Of a stretch of 64,000 nucleotides of DNA, positions 1 through 11,021 are shown piece after piece (position 1 is the stretch's first letter; each line of letters opens with the position of its first letter). The DNA is taken from the NCBI GenBank assembly GCA_951406725.2, contig OX597824.1:5766001-5830000 (forward strand), in the 5' to 3' direction. The notes under the pieces are model-generated. The model had not been told where the DNA came from. It searched no databases and was given only the letters and a program-made list of their open reading frames with translations. The DNA is from Octopus vulgaris. Its lineage: Eukaryota. The position numbers were made by a program, and so were the translations under genes.

Positions 1-54
1 TCGTCACTGAATTGACGACTATAACTGTTGCTTTTTGGTTATAAATTGCGAATA

Positions 55-232
55 GCCACACACATACATACACATATACATAAACATTTATATACACATA
101 CACAAAGATACACACACACGCATATAATACTCTCATCCACACACATATATATACACATGCACACATACATATATGTATATATACAGACATACAGGGACAC
201 GCAAACACACACACACACACATATGTATATAC
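55..232. repeat. mixed (CA)n/(TA)n microsatellite
   Basis: Imperfect CA/TA dinucleotide run. Confidence 0.9.
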
Positions 233-240
233 ATGCCTTT

Positions 241-690
241 TAGATCCATATTGAATACGTTATTTTTTGTTCGGGTTATTTGATCTTAAAGCCTTTACCA
301 AATCCTTCATCAACTCATATTTTACCGTCTCACCTTTGTTAATCTTTCCTTTTTAAGCTAGGTATTCTTTTTAAATCAACATACTTCACGTGGGATTTCG
401 GCTGACCTTTCCTTTGTCTTTCTGATAAATTTACATCAGATCTTAATATTTTTATTTTCCCTTGTATTCTATTCCACCATGATTCTTGCATCTCAATCCC
501 ACTTGTGATGTCTTTCAAGACTAATCCATTTACCATATATGTATTAAATGCTTTTATCACATTGTTCATTTATAATGTTTGTGTTCGTATGATGGATAAT
601 TCTTTTTACTTTTAGGTTATCACTTCCAGTTTAATCCTATCATAATTCTATTACATTTCTTGAATGCTTTTCAACAAAAAAGAATTAGCA
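241..690 (-). mobile_element. degenerate R4/Dong-like non-LTR retrotransposon, pre-RT region fragment
   Basis: Minus ORF 339-569 ESWWNRIQGKIKILRSDVNL resembles the PxWKRRIExKIxxLRxD motif upstream of the RT in R4/Dong ORFs. Frameshifted. Confidence 0.6.
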
Positions 691-697
691 TAATTCC

Positions 698-723
698 TAA
701 TAATAATAATAATAATAATAATG

Positions 724-773
<50 letters not shown>
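698..773. repeat. (AAT)n microsatellite
   Basis: Near-perfect AAT array. Confidence 0.97.
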
Positions 774-774
<1 letters not shown>

Positions 775-1211
775 CAAACAACGTGTGGGATTTTAAGATT
801 CAGTGCGACAATGAGATAGAGAATACGAAAGCCAGACATAGTTTTAACTAATAAAGAAAACAGTCTATGCTGGATGATAGACATAGCATGCCCAGCTGAC
901 AACAAGGTATGCGATAAGGAAGAAAGAAAAGTCGTGAGATATGACAGGTTAGCTTGGGGAGTTAAGCAGTCGTAGTCGATGAAAAAGGCAGCAGTAGTAA
1001 TAAAAATTGCCGGAGACCAGGAATCAGTGAGCAAAAATGTCGAAAAGCACTTGGAACAAATAAGGGCTGCAATAAGGGTGGAGCACTTGTAGAAAAACAG
1101 CACTGCTTGTAACCGCTCGAATACTCCAGAAGGTTCTAGCAAAATAAGGAGTGTTAGTGAACAGCTGACACTGTAGTACATCTCCTGCGTTAGAAGCTGT
1201 GTAAAGGCAAT
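774..1211 (+). mobile_element. 5'-truncated R4/Dong-like LINE (REL endonuclease + 3'UTR), subfamily 1
   Basis: Frameshifted translation WDFKIQCDNEIE..PDIVL..WMIDIACPAD..TALL.TARILQKVL is a PD-(D/E)xK REL domain. Flanked by AAT arrays. Confidence 0.88.
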
Positions 1212-1212
1212 A

Positions 1213-1254
<42 letters not shown>

Positions 1255-1279
1255 TATTATTATTATTATAATAATGATG

Positions 1280-1325
<46 letters not shown>

Positions 1326-1444
1326 TAATAATAATAATAATATTAATAATAATATTAATAATAATAATAATGATAATAATAATAATAATAATAATGATAA
1401 TAATAATAATAATAATGATAATAATAATAATAATAATAATAATG

Positions 1445-1477
<33 letters not shown>
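1212..1477. repeat. (AAT)n microsatellite
   Basis: AAT array with GAT/ATT variants. Confidence 0.97.
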
Positions 1478-1478
<1 letters not shown>

Positions 1479-1901
1479 GGCCAACAGACCAGATATAGTC
1501 GTCAAAGATCATGAAGAAGAAAAATGCTTTCTAATTAATGTATCAATACCGGCAGATGACAACGTGTCTCTAAAAGAAATGGAGAAACTCTCAAAATACA
1601 AAGACCTGGAAATAGAGGTAACCATAATGTGGAATCTAAAAAACAGAAACAATTCCTATCATAGTAGGTGCATTAGGCATGATAAAAAAATATTCAGACA
1701 AATACATAACAAAAACACCAGGACTTACAAACACATATAATATACATAAAATTGCAGTACTAGGCACTGCACACCTCCTACGCAGAACATTCTCCATACA
1801 ATAACCATCAGAGCATCACAACAAAGCACAGAACATACCCAAGGCACACAGAGCTGCGCTCGGTAGTGAAGTGAAAGCAAGCTATAAAAATAAAACTACT
1901 A
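1478..1901 (+). mobile_element. 5'-truncated R4/Dong-like LINE (REL endonuclease + 3'UTR), subfamily 2
   Basis: ANRPDIVVKDHEEEKCFLINVSIPADDNVSLKEMEKLSKYKDLEIEV..IPIIVGALG..LGTAHLLRR, then a 3'UTR running into AAT. Confidence 0.9.
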
Positions 1902-1917
1902 AATAATAATAATAATG

Positions 1918-2006
<89 letters not shown>

Positions 2007-2096
2007 AATAATAATAATGATAATGATACTAATAATAATAATAATGATGATGATAACAACAACAACAACAACAACAATAATAATAATAATAATAAC

Positions 2097-2137
<41 letters not shown>
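1902..2137. repeat. (AAT)/(GAT)/(AAC)n microsatellite
   Basis: Compound trinucleotide array. Confidence 0.97.
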
Positions 2138-2138
<1 letters not shown>

Positions 2139-2703
2139 TGGTGGGAACACAATCCACCTCCTGTGCTTGAAAATGACCACATCTCACTCCTCTGGAACTT
2201 CACCATTCAAACTGACAGGAAGATAGATGCAAATAGGCCAGACATCATATTGAAAGACTTCAGACAAAGAACATTCCTCCTCATTGATATGACTGTCCCA
2301 ATCGATATAAACGTATCTGTCAAGACCTACCAAAAACTGAGCAAATATAAAGATCTTGAAATAGAAACCAGCAAAATGTGGAAGCTGAAGACTAAAACAA
2401 TACCTGTTGTCATAGGTGCCCTGGGAATGATAGCGAAAGGGACTGATTGCTACCTAACTCAGATACTAGGAAACCCCAAAATGGCAGAAATTTAAAAGAT
2501 AGTGCTCATGGGAACTGCTCATATCCTACGCAAAATACTCTCTATGTAATCCCAAGGTTTAAAACAAACTTTTTTTTTATGTATTAGACATTCACTAGTA
2601 CAACACGAAAAAAAACAAAAAAAAACAAATATATGGCACAGAACTTCCAACATGTTGAGACTTGGAGCCAACTTGTACATACATAAAGTAAAAGTCAAAC
2701 ATA

Positions 2704-2704
<1 letters not shown>
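2138..2704 (+). mobile_element. 5'-truncated R4/Dong-like LINE (REL endonuclease + 3'UTR), subfamily 3
   Basis: WWEHNPPPVLEND..LLWNFTIQTDRKIDANRPDIILKD..LLIDMTVP..KLSKYKDLE..IPVVIGALG..GTAHILRK, with one internal stop at 2493. AAT tail. Confidence 0.92.
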
Positions 2705-2766
<62 letters not shown>

Positions 2767-3235
2767 GTATAAAAGATGGGCTACAGCAAATACTCTGCTC
2801 AATACCACAGATTTGCTTGTCAGTTGTTTGACCTTAACCAGTTGAGCATGTCCCTTAGTGGCTGACGATATGTGCATCTCTGATCACGAGCAGAAGTAGT
2901 GGGGAGCATCATAGCCATGTGTTGAGAAGGATTCTTTGGGGTTTTGAATAATTCACAATTGTAAACATGGGTGTTTCGTTCAATGTCCTTAAGCAACCCT
3001 TATTCAGGGACCTTTTGAGCGGGATGGGCTACTCAACCTGAAGAAAATTCTAACTGGGCTCCACCTGCAAGGTCATGTGCTGTTTATTTTGATATGAGAT
3101 CACCATGTCGCGCACATATGGTTGTGATGCATGTGCCTGGTGTACCCTTATCAGACGGGTAGTCATGATGGGTATACTGGGCTTCGTATATTTTACCCCA
3201 GTGTCACTTTGATGGCATGCTCTGCTCGCTCACTC

Positions 3236-3237
<2 letters not shown>
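2767..3237 (+). mobile_element. (AAT)n-associated non-coding interspersed repeat, 5'-truncated copy 1
   Basis: Highly similar to 3279-3746, 18456-18710 and 38435-38982(-). Ends CTCACTC(AAT)n. Confidence 0.85.
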
Positions 3238-3278
<41 letters not shown>

Positions 3279-3285
<7 letters not shown>

Positions 3286-3745
3286 GATGGGCTACAGCAA
3301 ATATTCTGCTCAATACCACAGATTTGCTTGTCAGTTGTTTGACCTTAACCAGTTGAGCATGTCCCTTAGTGGCTGACGATATGTGCATCTCTGATCACGA
3401 GCAGAAGTAGTGGGGGAGAATTATAGCCATGTGTTGAGAGGGATTCTTTGGGGTTTGAATAGTTCACCTCTGGAAACATTGGTGGTTCTTTCAACATCCT
3501 TAAACAACCCTTATTTAGGGACCGTTTGAGCGTGTGGGCTACTCAACCTGAAGAAAATTCTAACTGGACCCCACGTGCAAGGTCATGTGCTGTTTATCTT
3601 GATATGAGATCCCCATGTCGTGCACATATGGTTGTGATGCATGTGCCTGGCGTACCTTTATCAGACGGGTAGTCATGATGGGTATATTGGGCTTCGTATA
3701 TTTTACCCCAGTGTCACTTTGATGGCATGAACTGCTCTCTCACTC

Positions 3746-3746
<1 letters not shown>
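3279..3746 (+). mobile_element. (AAT)n-associated non-coding interspersed repeat, 5'-truncated copy 2
   Basis: Direct repeat of 2767-3237, separated by an AAT run. Confidence 0.85.
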
Positions 3747-3801
<55 letters not shown>

Positions 3802-3822
3802 GGATGACGATGATAATGATAA

Positions 3823-4016
3823 TTTCTAGTGCAGGCACAAGGCCTGATATTTGGGGCGTGAGGATTAGTCGATTACATCGGCCGCAGTGTTTCACTGGTA
3901 TTTATCGACCCCGAAAGGATGAAAGGCAAAGTCGAGCTCGGCGGAATTAGAACTAAGAACGTGAAGACAGACGAATTACTGCTAAGATTTCGCCCGACTT
4001 GCAAGCTGGCCGCCTT
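3823..4016 (-). mobile_element. tRNA-derived SINE family A (degenerate, alternative tail)
   Basis: Reverse complement of the GGCGGCGAGCT head and GCCTTTCATCCTTTCGGGGTCGATAAA core. Confidence 0.8.
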
Positions 4017-4017
4017 C

Positions 4018-4058
<41 letters not shown>

Positions 4059-4147
4059 CAAAACCAACAACAACAATAATAATGATAATGGTGATGACAA
4101 TAAGAAGAAAAAGAAGAATATTGTTGTTGTTGTCATCATCATCATCA

Positions 4148-4191
<44 letters not shown>

Positions 4192-4194
<3 letters not shown>

Positions 4195-4602
4195 AAGAAG
4201 CAAAGACTCTCACGCAAGCAAATAAACTCACGAAGGTTGCGAGCAGGATTGTGGCAGAAAGAATGGAATGGAGAACGATTGAAAACGGAACATCAGCGAA
4301 TTGAAGAGGAAATAAACAACCTTGATGGAAAAGGAGAATTAAAGAAGATAGAAACTCCCTGAACAGTGTAGTTGTCAATATTTGTCAGGAACAGAAAATG
4401 AGAATTGAAGAACGACCACAGCTTTGAAAAATTGAAGAAGTATGGTGTCGGTACAAAAAGTCTGAATGTTGTAATTGAAGAACTGATGCAGTGCATACTG
4501 CCCCCAAAAAGCAAAGCTACATAGCTTTGAACAACGGATTAAATAATACCGAAAATACCTATTGTTTAGATTCGACCAAAAAAAGATTTTATCAACAAAT
4601 AT
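4192..4602 (+). mobile_element. degenerate R4/Dong-like LINE pre-RT fragment
   Basis: Frameshifted P*WKRRIKED..KYGVGTKSLNVVIEELMQ..FEQRIK*YR..LFRFDQKKFYQ. Confidence 0.7.
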
Positions 4603-4617
4603 AATTAAATAATTATA

Positions 4618-4779
4618 GGGGTAGGAGTGGCTGTGTGGTAAGTAGCTTGGTCACGAACCACATGGTTACGGGTTCAGTCCCACTGCAGTGTACCTTGCCC
4701 AAGAGTCTTCTACTATAGCCTCGGGCCGACAAAAACCTTGTGAGTGGATTTGCTAGACAGAAACTGAAAGAAGCCCGTC

Positions 4780-4821
<42 letters not shown>

Positions 4822-5033
4822 GTGTACGTGTTTCTATGTCTGTGTTTGTATCCCAAACATCGCTTGACAACTGATACTAGTGTGCTTACATCCCCGTAAC
4901 CTAGTGGTTCAGCAAAAGAGGCCGATAGAATAAGTACTAAGCTTACAAATAATAAATCTGGGGTCGATTTGCTCGACTAAAGACGCTGTTCCTGCATGGC
5001 CACAGTCAAATGACTGAAACAAGTAAAAGCGTA
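4618..5033 (+). mobile_element. tRNA-derived SINE family B with internal (TA)n
   Basis: A-box-like TGGCTGTGTGG and B-box-like GGTTCAGTCCC, CATGGCC.CAGTCAAATGACTGAAAC tail. At least six copies in the window. Confidence 0.88.
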
Positions 5034-5034
5034 A

Positions 5035-5153
5035 ATGAGAGGTGTTGATCTGATAGACCAATTGGTCGCATCCTACCGTACAGGAGTGAGGCAGAAGTGG
5101 TGGTGGCCAATTTCCATTTATTTCAGTGATGTTGTCGTGAATTCCTGGACTTA
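5035..5153 (+). mobile_element. piggyBac-like transposase fragment
   Basis: MRGVDLIDQLVASYRTGVRQKWWWPISIYFSDVVVNSW matches the piggyBac MGGVDxxD..KWW..NAW block. Confidence 0.75.
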
Positions 5154-5214
5154 ACGGTAAAATTGAAATAACAAGGAGACTTGTACTGTTTCGACACAAA
5201 TTGACCATTTCGAT

Positions 5215-6420
5215 ATTGACTCAATATAGGACTCTTTAAAAACAGGACAGGTAAGCAGCTTCTTCCATCTCGACTTTTGTGTCCAAAAATTCGATGCTAG
5301 ATTTTGAAAAACTCGGCGTGAATTTTATTTTGGACTTCATACCATAGTCTTCCTCTAAGCGGTCACAGAAACGTAAAAAGGCGGCGAGCTGGCAGAAACG
5401 TTAGCACGCCGGGCGAAATGCGCAGCCGTATTTCGTCTGCTGTTACGTTCTGAGTTCAAATACCGCCGAGGTCGACTTTGCCTTTCATCGTTTCGGGGTC
5501 TATAAATTAAGTACCAGTTACGCACTGGGGTCAATATAATCGACTTAATCCGTGTGTCTGTCCTTGTTCGTCCCCTCTATGTTTAGCCCATTGTGGGCAA
5601 TAAAGAAATAAGAAATGTAAAAATCTGACTAACCTATCCTGTGTTCCTTCCCAGACAGAAAAGACGTCGTGAATGAACCGTAACCAGAGTATAAGTTTAT
5701 GACCCTGCAGGGTTTTGAATGTCTCTGTTAGTTGCTTTTCAAATTTTGTTATGAAGACATTTCCGAAATTACTTGCCATAGGGATACCCATGGCCTATCC
5801 TTTCGTCCTTTTTCTCCAAGCGTCATCGTGCTACTTCGTAACACAAATTTTAATAATTTACAGAAGAGAAACTTTGAGGGAACACTCTTTTCTTTGACCG
5901 TTTTTCAAAAGCTGCCATGCATGCTTCCACTCCCTCATTGTGGTCGATGTTGGGGTACAAGGAAGAAACATCCATGGTTACCAAAAAACAGTCATTAACA
6001 CTAAATCGGTGTTTAGAAAATTTGTTTCACTTGGAAATAAAATCAAAAGTATCCCGAATGTATCTTTTAGCTAGTGGGATCAGAAATCCATCTAGCCATT
6101 CCGAAATTTTCGCAGTGCAACATGCGAAAATGCAACCCACGGCAAATTGGGCGCAATGGAGGAAATTTTTCGAAATTTTAATAAATTTTTGGAAGACCCT
6201 AAAATGCAAGTATTCTTGTTTCTGAAAGTAATAGCTTAGATTACGTGCCATTTATGAAATTATTTTCCTCCATTGTAATCGGGGTTTGGATCTACAGGTG
6301 ACAAATCTAAGAAGTTTTGTCACTTGAAACTTCTTCAGAAGCTGAAATGTACTCGACCTTGTCAATTATTGAAATAGCGCCTCGTTTACCGGCCATTTTA
6401 ATAACAATAGAATCGTTGTT
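5215..6420 (-). mobile_element. Penelope-like element reverse transcriptase fragment (decayed, SINE-interrupted)
   Basis: Motifs in order: ISEWLDGFLIPL..YIRDTFDFI, MDVSSLYPNIDHNEG, MGIPMASNFGNVF, WLRFIHDVFSVWEG, KIKFT..SIEFLDTKV. Confidence 0.85.
5380..5610 (+). mobile_element. tRNA-derived SINE family A, full length, 13-bp TSD
   Basis: GGCGGCGAGCTGGCAGAA head, GAGTTCAAA B box, AAAGAAATA end. TSD AGAAA[C/T]GTAAAAA at 5367-5379 and 5611-5623. Confidence 0.92.
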
Positions 6421-6899
6421 CGCTAAGCGATGGAGTAAGCTACACAGGGAATCCGTATTGTTATTCCAGCTCTTGAAATATTAACAACGACAACAACAAT
6501 AACAGCAACAACAAAAACAACAATAATAATAATGATGATACAATGGTGTCATATTTTATTATAAGCTCAGCAATTTCGAAATATATCGATCCCAGTATTT
6601 AAGTGATATTTATCTTATCCAGGCGCGAAATCAAAGGTGATTTCGGCGGACTTCAAACCCAGATCATTACAGAACCGGAACCAACACAACTAGTAATTTA
6701 TCCGCTTTCTAATAATTCATCCAATTCGCCGCTCTTATGACGCCAAATAATAATTGCAACGGTATTCTATTCATTGTCTGCAGCGACATGAATTTAACCT
6801 GCCAATACAAAGTTATATCATATTCTAAAAGTACATTTTGATACCGAGTTGGAAGAGGAAACTGAAAATTCTTGTAGTCTTACTGACAATGCTATTTTG

Positions 6900-7286
6900 A
6901 TGGAGGCGCAATGGCCCAGTGGTTAGGGCAGCGGTCGTAGGATCGCGGTTTCGATTCCCAGACCGGGCATTGTGAGTGTTTATTGTGTTTATTGAGCGAA
7001 AACACCTAAAGCTCCACGAGGCTCCGGCAGGGGATGGTGGTGATCCCTGCTGTACTCTTTCACCACAACTTTCTCTCACTCTTACTTCCTGTTTCTGTTG
7101 TACCTGTATTTCAAAGGGCCGGCCTTGTCACTCTCTGTGTCACGCTGAATATCTCCGAGAACTACGTTAAGGGCACACGTGTCTGTGGAGTGCTCAGCCA
7201 TTTACACGTTAATTTCACGAGCAGGCTGTTCCGTTGATTCGGATCAACCGGAACCCTCATCGTCGTAACCGACGGAGTGCTTCCAT
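6900..7286 (+). mobile_element. tRNA-derived SINE family C, 13-bp TSD
   Basis: TGGCCCAGTGG A box and GTTTCGATTCC B box. TSD CAATG[C/T]TATTTTG at 6887-6899 and 7287-7299. Confidence 0.88.
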
Positions 7287-7619
7287 CAATGTTATTTTGG
7301 TTGCAGTTAATATTGCATCACATGAGAATTAATTTGCATAATATTTGAAACGCGTTACATAAGTAAAAACTTATTTCTTTTTGCTGTTACACATCGAATC
7401 TTTTATGGCTTCGAGAAATTACATATTTGTGAAGAAATGTAGAAAAACGATGAAAGATGAAAGTTGATGAAATTGAGATACCTTTAAATACATGCACTGC
7501 TTTGTCTAATGTCATCGCTATAATGAAGGAAAAAGCATAATAAACAGATATGACTGAAGTCATCATTAAAGATTTAACTAATTTGTAATTATAAAGCAAG
7601 TAAATTAGAAATAGTAACA

Positions 7620-8060
7620 AAGGTTTCAAATTTGTGCACATGGCCAGCAGTTGTGGAGGGGAGGGAAAATTGATTACATCAATCGCAGTACTTGGATGGT
7701 ACTCATTTTCTCGACCCCGAAAAGATGAAAGGTAAAGTCGACCTCAGCAGAATTTGAACTCGGAAATACGAAGACTGATACTAATGCCATTGAGCATTCT
7801 GCCTGATGTACTAATGATTCTCTGTTGTAAGGCGGCGAGCTGGCAGAAACGTTAGCACGCTGGGTGAAATGCTTAGCAGTATTTCGTCTGTCACTACGTT
7901 CTGAGTTCAAATTCCGCCGAGGTTGACTTTGCCTTTCATCCTTTCAGGGTCGATAAATAAAGTACAGTTACGCACTGGCGTCGATGTAATCGACTTAATC
8001 CCTTTGTCTGTCTTTGTTTGTCCCCTCTATATTTAGCCCCTTGAGGGCAATAAGGAAATA
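7620..8060. mobile_element. SINE A pair: degenerate minus copy (7620-7822) and plus copy (7831-8060)
   Basis: Family A core present in both orientations. Confidence 0.85.
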
Positions 8061-8792
8061 TATAATGATTCTCTATCGAAAGAAAATAAAATGTGCTTGT
8101 ATAAAACAAGACAGCAGATGAATTAACGTATTTATGCATATATTAGTAAATTTTAGGGAAACGAAATAAATATCTAATTTGAATGTGAAGTAAAGGAAGC
8201 GGAGGTTTGAAAATAATTAGTCGAGTCTCAGAACAAAAAAAAAAAAAGGAAGAAACTAAAAACATGAAAAATGTGTCTAAAAATACTCTAAAAATAGTTT
8301 AGATAACTTGCTGACCTATGTTTTTATAATGTAAATTGCTTCTCTTTTTAAAAATCTCTTCGCGACGTTGCAATTTAGTTCGGTAAATAATCGCTGTCGT
8401 TTACCTATGACCTGAAATCATTGAGAATCAGATGTATCGGTCATTTCAATCCAAGACGTTGGAAATATGCCAGACCACTAAATTCTAAAGTGTTCTGATG
8501 AGTTGTAAAGTGAGAGGAATACATTCTGTTGTAGAAGCTATCACCAAGTAATTTCAGTCAGTCACACAGAGAATGTGGGTAGATTTGAGAGAACCGTTTT
8601 AGAAAATATAATTTAGAAAATATGATAAGCGAAAAAATGTTTTGTACATCTTTCGATTTTGAAACAGTTCCTCGTGAACTTTGATCTGAAGCTGTGTATT
8701 GAAATCAGTATTGTCATATCTGAGAAGGGCTGTCGTTGATAAACCCCTACAAACACAGTCACCTGTTATTACTTCTCTATATTTTCCTTCAG

Positions 8793-8995
8793 TGGAGGTA
8801 CATGGCCTACTACCTCCACTAGTCCGTGAGCAGCGGACTCACGATCGCGGGATCACGGGTTCGAATCACAAGCTGGGCGATGTGTGTGTTTACGAGCGAA
8901 ACTCATAAGCTCCAGAGGGTTATGGCGAACTTCTGCTAACTCTTCGCCACAACTTCCTCTCACTCTTTCCTCCTGCACCTAGCAGCTCACCTGTA
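8793..8995 (+). mobile_element. degenerate SINE family C
   Basis: TGGAGG..GGTTCGAATC..GAGCGAAA..AAGCTCCA, similar to 6900-7090. Confidence 0.7.
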
Positions 8996-9445
8996 CGCCA
9001 TTGAAACCTGGAAATCGGTCCTTATCAGCCAGGAATGGCTCGAGAAGGAACAAACAATATTTTCCTTCACTATCATTTCTAAAGAGTAAATAATTGTTTA
9101 TAATCCCAAAAGTAATTTTCACTTGACCAGTCTGTAGATTGCTCATAATTTTGAAGTAGATCATCTTTCCACTGGAACACATGTTTGCAAAATCATACAC
9201 GTGTAAATGTAAAATATTCAAACGACAATTGTTCTTAAAAAGAAAGAAAAGTGAAATATAGACAAGTAACAACCGTTGCGCTTGTTTGCTTCCTTTATTA
9301 ATAACTCTTCCCAAATATAAAAAAATATTCTGCAAATGTAAATGTTATCCACTTCCTAAAAAAATCTCGAGACATATCATTGCTAATATATGCAAAATAA
9401 TTAAATAAACATAAATATAAATTAGTTATTGTTAATTACTAGATG

Positions 9446-9875
9446 GGATCTTGTCGGTTTGAACGGCAGTTTTTAACATAATTTCTAGGTAACTAAAAGA
9501 TTTTCATCTTCGTATATTGGTAGAATGTGTTTATAAACATATTTTTCTCTTGGTTTTATTGAGAAAATTCTATAGTATGTAAGATATTTGTTGTTTTTTT
9601 CTTCAATTTCTGCATTCAACCAATCACTGACGTCCATTGAGGTAAACAACATTCTGTGCCGTATGAATATGCCCCTCGTTTAAGAAACAGATTAGGTTTA
9701 TTTACATTTGTGAAGAAAAAAAGATACCCTTCCCCCATCCCCTAACCCTAACCCTAACTAACCCTAACCTTAAAACAGATTGAAATGCAATAGATCGATA
9801 CTAGGGTCATAATTATGGGTGACAATTTCATATGGCACCGCTAGAAAAAAACTGCCTTTCAAACTGAAAAGATCC
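9446..9875. mobile_element. MITE (Merlin-like) with about 30-bp TIRs, 8-bp TSD and internal (CCCTAA)n
   Basis: TIRs GGATCTTGTCGGTTTGAACGGCAGTTTTT and AAAAACTGCCTTTCAAACTGAAAAGATCC. Perfect TSD ACTAGATG at 9438-9445 and 9876-9883. Confidence 0.9.
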
Positions 9876-11021
9876 ACTAGATGTCACGTTAAAAGATAAA
9901 ATATGTTTAATTATTGAATTATATTTTCGTCAGTACCAATATTGTTTATTCGAACAATTCTGGAACTTCTACGGTTCATTTTGTGCTGCATCAGTCATCA
10001 TTATGTCTTCAAGCACACAAACAATTGAATGCCATTCCCTTTGGTTTCATGAAAGTGGACATAATAACAATTTAACCTGTTTATAGGCACGCAGCATATT
10101 GAATGTTTCGTTTCTTCTTTTACACTATAATTTAGATAACAGGAAGGGGAAATATAGATAGAAATAATAACAAATATATTTCGTCATCTCTGATATCAAA
10201 TATAAGCAACTATTCTTAATCATTCTAAATCATTCTGAATCACACTTCGATACAGATACATCAGAGACGCCATTGTTTGTGATAATTGTGAAACATTTTA
10301 TATACAAAGCTGTAAATAATGCTTAAATTAATCAAAGGACAAAAGTTGATTCAGTATTGATCGAGCTGATACTTTCCAAAACTAACTGAATGCCTATTAT
10401 AAACACACTTTTCAATTCACCGTTGAAGGAGAACTGGAATGTTCTTGTTAGGTAACAGGAGTCAGCTGCACAGGAAAGCGAAGAGTTTATATTGGAACCG
10501 ACTGTCTATATAGACTTTTATTTAATAAAATCCTATTACGTCTCCTACTTCAATAAACACGGCTATAGCAAGCTACTTAGCTGCACATCATAGACGTGTT
10601 AAAGCATCCAATATAGACAGTATTTTGAGTGGTTATAGAAGTATATTTCGAGAAAGTAAGAAATGTGGCTGGTTAGTACTACTATAGATAACGTTGAAGT
10701 AACTTGTCTCTTCGTTTCAATACAAAGATTCTAATGTGCTACACAATACGCGTGCAGATGTAAAGTATATTTATTTATAGATCTTTATTATTTAGTTATT
10801 AATGTTTATTCACAAGTGTATCCGACAAAGATATCAACTGGGTTAATTATTTGTGTTTTCATAGGAGAATGTATAAAACGACTGATAATCAAATGAGCTT
10901 CCACCTACATTACTGCCGAGCATTCGACGTGGCCGAATTTTATTTTACCATTTCAGTCACTCCACTCCAACTAGTGTGCAATTTACTGCGCTTAGTAATT
11001 TATTTAATAACACTTTGCTAA

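Noticed and set aside
5380-5470. tRNA genes at SINE heads
   Set aside because: A and B boxes are present but there is no cloverleaf, and they are continuous with SINE bodies.
9739-9770. Telomere or chromosome fusion site
   Set aside because: There are only about four units, and they lie inside a TIR/TSD-bounded MITE.
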